A stretch of 64,000 nt of DNA from Candidatus Omnitrophota bacterium (lineage in GTDB: Bacteria; Omnitrophota; Gorgyraeia; Gorgyraeales; Gorgyraeaceae). The number at the start of each line of letters is the position of its first letter. Position 1 is the stretch's first letter. The notes below the pieces were generated by a model. The model had not been told where the DNA came from. It made no database searches and saw only the letters and a list, made by a program, of their open reading frames with translations. Location of the stretch: positions 39,984 through 103,983 of the forward strand of contig JBDRJN010000002.1 in the NCBI GenBank assembly GCA_043814965.1, read 5' to 3'. This document shows, piece after piece, positions 9,710 through 18,546 of the stretch. The position numbers and the translations under genes are program-made.

Positions 9710-10395
9710 ATAAGGTCCAGTGAGAGTGATATAGAGCCCGAGAGCCTATCTTTTTCTTTACCTTCCAGCGGCACGTAAAATGGTTTTACATTTATGATAT
9801 CTGTTATATAAAAAAGCGCCATGGCGTTTAATCCAGCTTTACTGGCTGCAGAAAATAACGCAGAGCATTCCATATCTACGACGTCTATACCAAGAGAGCT
9901 GAATCTATCAATATAACCTTCTTCTAGAAGAAGGGAAGCCAGTGTAGCGCATGTGACTTTTTTGATAGATGATGAAATGTTATCTTCCAGGAATTTTTCT
10001 GAGAGCTCTCTATCAGGGTAGAACATCTTCGGGCCTTCAATGTCATTTAAGAGCATGTCGCTGAAGCTTTCAAATGCATAGCATTTATCAGGCATTACGA
10101 GGCTTGCTACATCTAAGTCGGGCGTTTTTTGTGTAAGGCCGCACGAGCCCAGTATTATTACGTTTTTGCATCCTGTGTTTTTTAGGTGCAGTACGCAATC
10201 ACCAGTCAGGGATGGGCCTATGCCAGTATGTATTACAGTAGAGAACTTATTCTCTGCAGATGAATATATCTTACCTCTTGAAAAATTTGTTATGTTGAAC
10301 TTTTTTAGGAGATCTTTTGGTATAAGGGGAAGGAGGATGCACGTGTCTTTGACCTGGGAACTATCTATGCCAAATAAGGCCTTGAATTTATTCAT
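9676..10395 (-). CDS. PNP_UDP_1-family nucleosidase, MTA/SAH (5'-deoxyadenosine) nucleosidase-like
   Basis: VIILGSCGL, VVDMECSALF and ALFYITDII match E. coli Pfs motifs (INTGSAGG, AVEMEATAIA, VVVRAISDV). A DeoD/MqnB-type function cannot be excluded. Confidence 0.65.
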   Translation of the reverse strand: MNKFKALFGIDSSQVKDTCILLPLIPKDLLKKFNITNFSRGKIYSSAENKFSTVIHTGIGPSLTGDCVLHLKNTGCKNVIILGSCGLTQKTPDLDVASLVMPDKCYAFESFSDMLLNDIEGPKMFYPDRELSEKFLEDNISSSIKKVTCATLASLLLEEGYIDRFSSLGIDVVDMECSALFSAASKAGLNAMALFYITDIINVKPFYVPLEGKEKDRLSGSISLSLDLIWKFIQKISSS

Positions 10396-11468
10396 AATTC
10401 AATAAGATTGTAATCTATGTTACCCAGGCCTATTTTGTGCGCGTATTCAAAGATCTTTTTATATGAGTTTCCCGGGCGTTCTTTTAGTATCACGTCACCA
10501 GCTTTATTCATGATATCTATAGTTGCTTTGTCCATGCTTAATATGTCGCGCGAGGCGATTATGCCTATATCATCCGATATCATGGGCTCATCCTTAGTGG
10601 ATATACAGTCGCATTCTTTGGTTATATCGAATGCAAAATTTATAAATAGCTTGTTTTTGAACTTTGATAGTATGAACTTTGCTACATCAACAGTCCTTTT
10701 GATAAATATATCGACATCCTCGTGCCAGTTTACGCCTATTGCATCGAATTTGCAGGCGCAGAGGCATTCTCCACAGCCAACGCATATAGATCTATCTATA
10801 GCAGCCTTAGAGGTGTCTTTGTCCGAAGTTATTGCGTTTACTGGGCATATTTTTATGCATAAGCCGCAGGCAGTACACTTTTTTTGTATCACCTGTGGTT
10901 TTAGCGAAGAATGCTGGATCTGTTTTGTGGATTTCGAGGACATGCCCATAGCGACATTTTTGATACCAGCTGCAAATCCAGAGAGTATGTGACTAGTGAC
11001 ATGGGAAAGGACTACAACGCTATCGACCATGCCTATAAAAGATGGGATCTTGACCTTTTTTATGTATTCCGAGTCTATGTCATAGGTCGATCCATCCTGG
11101 CCAAAGAGGCCGTCAGCTATTATAAATGGGGCGCCTATCCTGGAATGTGAAAATCTTTTATTTAAGGCCAGTGTCAAGTGGTCTACTGCATTAAGGCGGG
11201 AGCCCTTATATATGACATTTGTATCAAATAAGAATGGTTTTGCTTTTTTATCTTTTATGTCCGATATGACCAGTTTTACGAGCTCCGGGTCGACGTGATA
11301 TACGCATTCGCTGTCGCCTATAGTGATCTTTACAGGCACGAATTCGTCCTTTTTGTAGGCTATCTCAGGGCCTAATGCCTCTAGTAGTTTTAAAAGACAA
11401 TTCCTGCGTGACTGTAAGTCCTTGCCGTTAGATCTAACAAAATAAACCTTGCTTTTCATAGTAGTCAT
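10392..11468 (-). CDS. DUF362-domain protein with a C-terminal 2x[4Fe-4S] ferredoxin domain
   Basis: Two CxxCxxCxxxCP motifs (CTACGLCIKICPVNAI and CVGCGECLCACKFDAI). The N-terminal 200 aa are DUF362-like. Confidence 0.7.
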   Translation of the reverse strand: MTTMKSKVYFVRSNGKDLQSRRNCLLKLLEALGPEIAYKKDEFVPVKITIGDSECVYHVDPELVKLVISDIKDKKAKPFLFDTNVIYKGSRLNAVDHLTLALNKRFSHSRIGAPFIIADGLFGQDGSTYDIDSEYIKKVKIPSFIGMVDSVVVLSHVTSHILSGFAAGIKNVAMGMSSKSTKQIQHSSLKPQVIQKKCTACGLCIKICPVNAITSDKDTSKAAIDRSICVGCGECLCACKFDAIGVNWHEDVDIFIKRTVDVAKFILSKFKNKLFINFAFDITKECDCISTKDEPMISDDIGIIASRDILSMDKATIDIMNKAGDVILKERPGNSYKKIFEYAHKIGLGNIDYNLIEL

Positions 11469-11569
11469 TTTATTCCTATCGTGTTCTTAACTGGAGAGGC
11501 TTTTCAAAAAGACGTTCGGCCTATATTGTAATTTGTAAATGTGGGCCTCACCAGTGTTTATATATACTA

Positions 11570-11595
11570 GTAGGGGAGCTTTAAAGCTCCCCTAC
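11570..11595. repeat. REP-like perfect palindromic hairpin GTAGGGGAGCTTTAAAGCTCCCCTAC (copy 1 of the family)
   Basis: 26-nt perfect palindrome. It sits in a 130-bp element also seen at 16881-16995. A second 9-bp hairpin lies at 11639-11661. Confidence 0.6.
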
Positions 11596-11713
11596 TAAAG
11601 AAAAGGTTTAGGCGAGAGCGAAAAAGAAAATAGAGTAACCCTGCACCATACTGGTGCAGGGCACGCTGGTGAAATTTAACGTTCTCGAAAACAGCGCTTG
11701 CCCGCAGACAAGG

Positions 11714-12562
11714 TTAATATCTTTTATACTTATTGTCAAAATAAGCATCGAGCTTATGTATGTATATATTGTGATCTTTGCCAGAGGACTTTGCCTCTTT
11801 TTTGATGCTTTCCTCGATATTATACCAGAAAGAAGTGTAATAGTCTTTATCTTTTGAGAGCTTGGCGTAATTATCCTTTAATTCAGGATAGATGCCTACT
11901 ATGGCAGTTATTATATTTTTTATGTTTCCCACCATAAAATTCAACCCTTCAAACTCAACTGCTCTTGCCTTGGGAAATCTTGTAAATATGCCGCTAATAT
12001 CTGATACATAAGGCAGGATCGGAGAAAAGTACGGCGTGACATTGATGCCTTTTTCCAGAAGTCCATTTATAGCATTAAATCTATCTACATATTCAGGGCT
12101 TTTTGCCTCCAAGACATTTTTAAGCATAAAAGGGATGTTATTTATAGTAAAATATATATTTTTACAGAACCCTTGAGAAAGAAGGCCTGTGTATTCTGCT
12201 ATATAATTTGAACGCGTGAGGATGTTGTAATATACACCGTATCTATTTAATATCTCAAGGACCTGTTTTGTTATCCTATATTTTTTTTCAATATCCTGGA
12301 AGCAATCAGTGGTGGAGCCCAGGAGTACGCATTTTGGTTTTTTGAGGAGTATTTCTTTTTCAAGCAGTCTTGGCGCATTTACTCTTATATCAACATAGCT
12401 TCCCCAGGTCTCTTTTTTCTTTGATATGACTTTATTGTGCCTTACATAGCAATAAAGGCATGAATACTCGCATCCCATATATGGGTTTATGACGTATTCC
12501 CCGAGGTCTATGGAGGTCGGGTTAAGTATCCTGGATATCTTTACAGTATTAAAATCCGTCAT
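11714..12562 (-). CDS. Radical SAM protein, SPL-like family
   Basis: MGCEYSCLYCYVRHN (CxxxCxxC). 282 aa. Overlaps the upstream B12-radical SAM gene by 4 nt. Confidence 0.7.
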   Translation of the reverse strand: MTDFNTVKISRILNPTSIDLGEYVINPYMGCEYSCLYCYVRHNKVISKKKETWGSYVDIRVNAPRLLEKEILLKKPKCVLLGSTTDCFQDIEKKYRITKQVLEILNRYGVYYNILTRSNYIAEYTGLLSQGFCKNIYFTINNIPFMLKNVLEAKSPEYVDRFNAINGLLEKGINVTPYFSPILPYVSDISGIFTRFPKARAVEFEGLNFMVGNIKNIITAIVGIYPELKDNYAKLSKDKDYYTSFWYNIEESIKKEAKSSGKDHNIYIHKLDAYFDNKYKRY

Positions 12563-13869
12563 TTTTCTATCAGGTTGCCCAAAAAGGCGTTTGTGTACTT
12601 AAAGCCATGTCTTTTTATCTCGCTTACAAAATATTCATACCTTTTTATTGCAATACCATTGGTCGAATTGCCTGAACTTTTCTTAAGAGGGGTTCCTTCA
12701 TAGTAAGTAAAAGGGTTTATCTGTTCTATCTTTGGTATAAGAGTTTTATTTTTTATCAAAAATTCCAGGCTTTCCTCAAAGTCTTTTTCTGTCTCTCCTG
12801 GGTAGCCTGTTATCATGCTTATGCCAAATCTTAAGCCAGCATCCTGCAGATCCTTAAAGAATATCACCGCATCGCTGGTAGTAAAACCCTTATTCATATT
12901 CAGCAATGTACGATCACACCCTGACTCAAGTCCTACAAAGAGATTATAGCATCCGCTTTTTTTTATTTTTTCGAACAACTCTTTAGGCATATCTTTTCTT
13001 ATACATATCTGCGCTTCCCATGGGATGGATCTAAAATTTCTAATGATCTCTTCGGAAAGTCCGTCAAGTTTTCCTAGGTCAGCATTTATCATAGAGTCAT
13101 TGAATACAAAATTCCGCGCTATTTTATTATGAAGCTTGTGATATTCGACCTCATCCATGAGGCTTTCTATAGATCTTGCCCTAAATCTTTTATAAAGCAG
13201 GCGCTCGGAACAAAAAGAGCATTTTTTAATACACCCCCTTGATAAAAGGAGAGATATAGTTTTTTTTGGGTAACTAGATATGTCAATAGAGCGGTATTTT
13301 GGAAAGCTTGCGTCATCCAGGCACTTTAGTTCTTTAAAGCAGGATGTTTCATTAGTAGCGTTGTCAGGCCCTTTTATAAGGTCAAATAGCGAAAGCTCTC
13401 CTTCGCCAACCACGATATGGTCTACAAGGTTTTTTATTTCTTCAGGGAATGAGCCATTGTATTTAAAGAATAGCCTAGCTATCTCTGGCCCGCCGAGTAT
13501 TATCTTTGTAAGAGGCTTTTTTGATCTTATAAACTTTATTATTTTTATAGTCGATGAGAAATTACTTTTAAAACATGAAAACCCTATTATATCGCAGGAG
13601 AGGAGCTTATTTATAACATCATCGAACTTTTCAGGAAAATCTTTCTCTAGGAGAGACAGGATATTTTTTTCTAAAGCAGAATTACAGCTTATTGACCAGT
13701 CTTTTTTTAGGCTGCCAGAGGCCAGGTTATAAAATATATTATTTATATCCAGGATATCCGCATGAATGCCTTTTTCGATCAAAAAACTTTCAAGATAAGA
13801 TAGCCCCAGAGGCGGCATCATAGGATAGAAAACAGGAAGTATCGTGAGTAATATCTTTTGCTGGGCCAT
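12559..13869 (-). CDS. B12-binding (class B) radical SAM enzyme
   Basis: N-terminal B12-binding-like region. LLSRGCIKKCSFCSE (CxxxCxxC). Confidence 0.8.
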   Translation of the reverse strand: MAQQKILLTILPVFYPMMPPLGLSYLESFLIEKGIHADILDINNIFYNLASGSLKKDWSISCNSALEKNILSLLEKDFPEKFDDVINKLLSCDIIGFSCFKSNFSSTIKIIKFIRSKKPLTKIILGGPEIARLFFKYNGSFPEEIKNLVDHIVVGEGELSLFDLIKGPDNATNETSCFKELKCLDDASFPKYRSIDISSYPKKTISLLLSRGCIKKCSFCSERLLYKRFRARSIESLMDEVEYHKLHNKIARNFVFNDSMINADLGKLDGLSEEIIRNFRSIPWEAQICIRKDMPKELFEKIKKSGCYNLFVGLESGCDRTLLNMNKGFTTSDAVIFFKDLQDAGLRFGISMITGYPGETEKDFEESLEFLIKNKTLIPKIEQINPFTYYEGTPLKKSSGNSTNGIAIKRYEYFVSEIKRHGFKYTNAFLGNLIEK

Positions 13870-13889
13870 ATTTTATTGTAAAGGAAGGA

Positions 13890-15278
13890 TTAATTAGCGG
13901 AGTTATTATTTAACCAAAAAGGCTCGCCATTGTGTATATCAACTATATCCAGCGCGACCTTTACTATGTCTTTATCATATTTTGTGCCAGCATGGTCAGT
14001 GATCTCTTTTACAGCTTTATTGATCCCAAGAGCAGCTCTATATGGCCTATGGAATGTCATTGCCTCCAACACATCAGATATAGCAAGTATCCTTGCCTCT
14101 GGTATAATATCTTTTCCTGAAAGCCCCCTTGGGTACCCCTCGCCGTTTAGCCTTTCATGATGCTGGTATATAGCTTCTGGAAGAGGGAATGGGAATGTAT
14201 GGGGTTTAAGCATATCATAGCACTTTATTACATGTTCTCGTATCATCTCGTGTTCTAGCTTGGAAAGTATACCAGGTTTGTTGAGTATCTCAAGAGGAAT
14301 AAGTATTTTTCCTATATCATGCAGTTCCGCAGACATCTTTAACTCAAGTATCTTGTTTTCATCCCAGCCCATTGCCTGAGCTATTCTTTCAGCTATTATT
14401 GATACACGTCTAGTGTGTCCGAACGTATAAGGGTCTCTTATCTCAAGGACCTTATCAAGCACTTTTAGAGAGGTCACTACTATATTAAGGCGGCTTTTTT
14501 CCATCTTGTCATACGCAGTGATGTCTCTAGTGATACCCATAGTCCCTATGATAGTGCCGCGCTTATTGTGTATAGGTATCTTTGTGGTAGTAACGCAGTT
14601 ATAAGTGCCGTTTGGAAGAAGTGTGCGTTCGATCTTGCCTATGATAAGTTTTCCGGATTTAAGTACATATGTATCATCCTCGAACATTAACTTGGCCTGT
14701 TCTTTAGGGAAGAAATCAAAATCAGTCTTGCCCATGAGCTCTTCAGGCCTTTTCTTGAAACCATTAGCGTAAAAACGGTTCACTCTTATCAGCCTATTTT
14801 TATTGTCCTTAAAATATACTGCATCAGGCAGGTTATCAAGGAGGTTTTGAAAAAGCTCTTTTTCAAACGCGAAACTTTCTTCAAGCTGTTTGTGATCGGA
14901 TATATCTTCTATGACGCCTTCAAGGCAAAGATATCGGCTGTCATAAGGTGATTCTGTCACATACGCAGTAATGCCTACCCAGACATCTTTTCTGTCTTCC
15001 CTGATGAATTTTGCCTCATATAGCCTTACGATCTTTTCTTTCTTGAGGATATTAAAGAATATATTTGCGTCCTTCTGATGTTTAAAGAGGGACTTAAATG
15101 TAAGTTGTTGTATCTTGTCATCGGAGGAAAAACCCAGGATCTTGCTAAGGCTTGAATTTATAGCAAGAAACTTTTCATTAGGGGATAGCTGGTATCTAAA
15201 TAGACACAACCCTAACTTATCAGCTGTAGAGAACTTAAGATAAAACTTGTCTTTTCCTTTGGATTTGACTTTGATCAT
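13890..15278 (-). CDS. PAS-sensor HD-GYP c-di-GMP phosphodiesterase
   Basis: HDIGKILIP and HHERLNGEGYP (HD and GYP motifs). Two PAS-like segments in the N-terminal half. Confidence 0.75.
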   Translation of the reverse strand: MIKVKSKGKDKFYLKFSTADKLGLCLFRYQLSPNEKFLAINSSLSKILGFSSDDKIQQLTFKSLFKHQKDANIFFNILKKEKIVRLYEAKFIREDRKDVWVGITAYVTESPYDSRYLCLEGVIEDISDHKQLEESFAFEKELFQNLLDNLPDAVYFKDNKNRLIRVNRFYANGFKKRPEELMGKTDFDFFPKEQAKLMFEDDTYVLKSGKLIIGKIERTLLPNGTYNCVTTTKIPIHNKRGTIIGTMGITRDITAYDKMEKSRLNIVVTSLKVLDKVLEIRDPYTFGHTRRVSIIAERIAQAMGWDENKILELKMSAELHDIGKILIPLEILNKPGILSKLEHEMIREHVIKCYDMLKPHTFPFPLPEAIYQHHERLNGEGYPRGLSGKDIIPEARILAISDVLEAMTFHRPYRAALGINKAVKEITDHAGTKYDKDIVKVALDIVDIHNGEPFWLNNNSAN

Positions 15279-15365
15279 AGTGTATAATATATTAACATAT
15301 AGATAGCACCAAAGTAAAGTAAAATATAATATTATTTATAATATTTGTAGTAGTAAATGATCGTA

Positions 15366-15391
15366 GTAGGGGAGCTTTAAAGCTCCCCTAC
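15366..15391. repeat. REP-like palindromic hairpin GTAGGGGAGCTTTAAAGCTCCCCTAC (copy 2)
   Basis: Identical 26-nt palindrome, in the divergent intergenic region between the HD-GYP and pyruvate kinase genes. Confidence 0.6.
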
Positions 15392-15467
15392 TACCCCCTA
15401 CATTGTGGTTAGAATTGTCAGATTGGAATATAGTGTATCATATTAAATATAAAGGAGTTATAAACAT

Positions 15468-16478
15468 ATGGTAAAGACAAAGATCATCTGTACTCTTGGC
15501 CCAGCTAGCTCAAATGAGACAATTATAAGAAAAATGACGCTTTCCGGCATGGATGTAGCGAGGCTTAATTGCTCGCATGGGACATCTAAGAGCCAGGTAT
15601 CCAATATTGAGCTTGTAAGGAAGGTAAATAAAAAGTATAAAAGGGCTGTAAAGGTCCTTTTGGACCTCGAAGGCCCGAGGATAAGGATAGGGGACCTTAA
15701 GGATAAAAAACCCATATTACTTAAAAAAAGAGAGAGGTTCTATCTCTCAAAAAATAAAATTCACTCGGGAAATGTCATACCTTTTGACTATAAAGGCCCT
15801 CTTGATAGCATTAAAAAGGCGGAGTTTATCTATATTGATGACGGTAATATCATATTAAGAGTAAGATCTATTGATAAAAATAACGTAAAAGTAGAAGTGG
15901 TGATCGGCGGCATCTTAAAAGAGCATAAGGGTGTAAATATCCCCGGCGCAAGACTCGAGTTCCCTGTAATAAGCGAAAAAGATAAGCTGGATATTGAATT
16001 TGGAAATTCTTTTTTTGTCGACTATATTGCCCAGTCTTTTGTAAGAAATAAATTAGATGTATTGGAGCTTAAAAAAAGGATAAATTCTAAATCCGGGCCT
16101 CTAGTGATATCCAAGATAGAAAACCAGGATGGAGTAAAAAATATCGATTCGATCATAGATGAATCCGACGGCATAATGATAGCAAGGGGCGATATGGGAG
16201 TATCCCTACCTATATATAAAGTCCCGATCATACAAAAAGAGATCATTAAAAAGTGTAATAAGAAAAAAAAGTTTGTCATCACTGCTACACAGATGCTTGA
16301 GAGCATGACAGAGCATCTCCGCCCGACGAGGGCAGAAGTGACTGACGTTGCAAATGCGATAATAGACGGCACTGATTTTGTGATGCTATCAGGCGAAACA
16401 GCTATCGGCAAATACCCGGTAGAGTCAGTAAAAATGATGAATGATATCATCAAATTCACAGAGAAGCCTATCAAGTAG
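15468..16478 (+). CDS. pyk: Pyruvate kinase (barrel domains only; C-terminal alpha/beta domain absent)
   Basis: [25 protein letters not shown] is a PK signature. SD AAGGAG at 15451. The ORF ends after about 336 aa, where the C-terminal domain normally begins. Confidence 0.8.
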   Translation: MVKTKIICTLGPASSNETIIRKMTLSGMDVARLNCSHGTSKSQVSNIELVRKVNKKYKRAVKVLLDLEGPRIRIGDLKDKKPILLKKRERFYLSKNKIHSGNVIPFDYKGPLDSIKKAEFIYIDDGNIILRVRSIDKNNVKVEVVIGGILKEHKGVNIPGARLEFPVISEKDKLDIEFGNSFFVDYIAQSFVRNKLDVLELKKRINSKSGPLVISKIENQDGVKNIDSIIDESDGIMIARGDMGVSLPIYKVPIIQKEIIKKCNKKKKFVITATQMLESMTEHLRPTRAEVTDVANAIIDGTDFVMLSGETAIGKYPVESVKMMNDIIKFTEKPIK

Positions 16479-16880
16479 TTAAATATTTTTATAAACTAAA
16501 AAAGAGCCTTGTCCGCTCATGTGAAAATTTCCTTTCGTTCTGAGATTTCAAGACTCGAGGTCGCCTTTTATTCCTCATTTTGTCGGGGCTCGAAAAACTT
16601 GCCACCACAAAATCTGGCATGGTGGCTTCGGACAGTTTCGAGCCTTTTAAAAACCGACAAAATGTTTTATAAAAGGCTAAATTTTCAAATTCGCTTACAA
16701 GCCTCTTTTTTAGTTTATAACTGTGTTAGTTTATTTAATGGATTTGTCGATTTTAGTGCCTGAGTAGGCCTAAGAAAAGCCTTGTTTTTTTGAGCGGGCC
16801 CCGTACCAAATTTATTATACTTAATGTAACTGGTATAAATTTTGATACGGGGCGGGCATGGTTCGCCCTCGCATCTACTG

Positions 16881-16906
16881 GTAGGGGAGCCTTAAGGCTC
16901 CCCTAC
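16881..16906. repeat. REP-like palindromic hairpin GTAGGGGAGCCTTAAGGCTCCCCTAC (copy 3, compensatory variant)
   Basis: The palindrome is preserved with ctttaaag changed to ccttaagg. It is followed by AGGCGAGAGCGAAAAA..CTCGAAAACAGC, as in copy 1. Confidence 0.6.
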
Positions 16907-17101
16907 CTTAGACAAAGTTCAGGCGAGAGCGAAAAAAACGAGAGTAAAATTTCCACGCTGAGAAAATTTTACGTCCTCGAAAACAGCTCCCACAGATAGA
17001 TAAAAATGATCTTCCATTAGGATTTGTATTTACAAACATATATTATTTGTTATAATGGCACTTTGATGAACACAATATATTAAATTGAAAGGAGTCTTGC
17101 G

Positions 17102-18076
17102 ATGAGTGTTTCTTACAAAGAATTAGGACTGGTAAATACACGAGAGATGTTTAAAAAAGCAATGGCTGGCAAGTATGCTATTCCTGCATATAACTTCAAC
17201 AATATGGAGCAGTTACAAGCGATAATCACTGCCTGTATAGAGAGTAGATCACCTGTTATCTTACAAGTATCATCCGGCGCCAGAAAATACGCCAACCAGA
17301 TACTCTTAAGGCACATGGCAAAAGGCGCTATTGAGATAATAAAAGACTCTGGAAGCAATATTCCTGTTACGCTTCATCTAGACCATGGTGATACATATGA
17401 GCTATGCGTATCCTGCATAGAGAGCGGGTTTTCCAGTGTCATGATAGACGGCTCAAGCCACACATTTGAAGATAATATCAAACTGACAAAAAAGGTAGTT
17501 GAATACGCCCATAAATATGACGTGACAGTAGAGGGTGAGCTTGGCGTGTTAGCAGGCATAGAGGATGAAGTAAGCCATGAACAGTCTCACTATACCCACC
17601 CTGAAGAAGTAGAAGAATTTGTCAAAAAAACCGGTGTGGACAGCCTTGCGATATCTATCGGTACAAGCCATGGCGCTTATAAATTTAAATTAGCGCCAGG
17701 AGAGAGTGTGCCGGAATTACGTTTTGATATATTGCATGAAGTTGAGAAAAAACTTCCTGGTTTTCCAATAGTCTTGCATGGAGCAAGTTCTGTGCCAAAA
17801 GAATATGTGGATATCATCAATAAGTATGGCGGAAAAATGGAAAATACTGCAGGCGTGCCTGAAGATCAGCTCCGTAAAGCTACTCAATCAGCAGTATGTA
17901 AGATCAACATTGACTCAGACGGCCGCTTAGTAGTAACTGCAAAGATAAGGGAAGTATTCGCCAACTCTCCAAAAGAGTTTGACCCTCGTAAATACCTGGG
18001 CCCGGCAAGGACAGAACTTGTAAAGATGTATAAGCACAAGAATGAACATGTGCTTGGAAGCGCTGGAAAGGCGTAA
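17102..18076 (+). CDS. fba: Fructose-bisphosphate aldolase, class II
   Basis: N-terminal KYAIPAYNFNNMEQ and the LHLDHG motif. 324 aa. SD GGAG precedes the start. Confidence 0.85.
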   Translation: MSVSYKELGLVNTREMFKKAMAGKYAIPAYNFNNMEQLQAIITACIESRSPVILQVSSGARKYANQILLRHMAKGAIEIIKDSGSNIPVTLHLDHGDTYELCVSCIESGFSSVMIDGSSHTFEDNIKLTKKVVEYAHKYDVTVEGELGVLAGIEDEVSHEQSHYTHPEEVEEFVKKTGVDSLAISIGTSHGAYKFKLAPGESVPELRFDILHEVEKKLPGFPIVLHGASSVPKEYVDIINKYGGKMENTAGVPEDQLRKATQSAVCKINIDSDGRLVVTAKIREVFANSPKEFDPRKYLGPARTELVKMYKHKNEHVLGSAGKA

Positions 18077-18333
18077 TGATAGATAAGCTTGCTTTGATCA
18101 GCTCAATAATACTTCCTTTGTGGAACATTCCGCTTATTATAAAGATCATAAAGCGGCGTTCAGCCGAAGATATTAGTATGTCCTGGGCAATAGGTGTATG
18201 GACGTGCCTTTTAATAATGCTCCCATCTGGCCTAAAGACTGATTTTTTGGTCTGGAAGGCATTTACTGTATCTAACTTCATTTTATTCAGTGGGGTAGCT
18301 TTTTCTACGGTTTTGTTCCACAAGAAGAAATAA
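18076..18333 (+). CDS. Small membrane protein, function unknown
   Basis: 85 aa with 3 hydrophobic helices. Start overlaps the fba stop (ATGA), suggesting translational coupling. Confidence 0.4.
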   Translation: MIDKLALISSIILPLWNIPLIIKIIKRRSAEDISMSWAIGVWTCLLIMLPSGLKTDFLVWKAFTVSNFILFSGVAFSTVLFHKKK

Positions 18334-18391
18334 CCTATCATAATTTCTATAACTCTAATATTTACAATAAGTTAAAATCTCTTCCAAGCCC

Positions 18392-18419
18392 TTGAAATAC
18401 CCTTATAGTATGGTATAAT
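18392..18419 (+). promoter_or_regulatory. Sigma-70-like promoter for the giant gene
   Basis: TTGAAA (18392-18397), 16-nt spacer, TATAAT (18414-18419). About 130 nt upstream of ATG 18547. Confidence 0.5.
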
Positions 18420-18546
18420 TAATATATGGTAATACACGCTATATAAGAGCCTAAATAGCTCTAATATAGCTTTTATAAATAACCTTAAATCTATCCGATG
18501 GAACCAGTCTTTAGGCTGGGGAAAACGGAAATTTTTTACCCCTTTT

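Noticed and set aside
2844-13869. TOMM/RiPP interpretation (SagB-like nitroreductases plus radical SAMs)
   Set aside because: No YcaO/cyclodehydratase and no convincing precursor peptide were found. The nitroreductase fold alone is not diagnostic.
16509-16999. Two ORFs (84 and 69 aa) in the pyk-fba spacer
   Set aside because: They overlap the REP-like palindromes and nested inverted repeats and have no RBS or recognisable domain. The region is better explained as a structured non-coding region.
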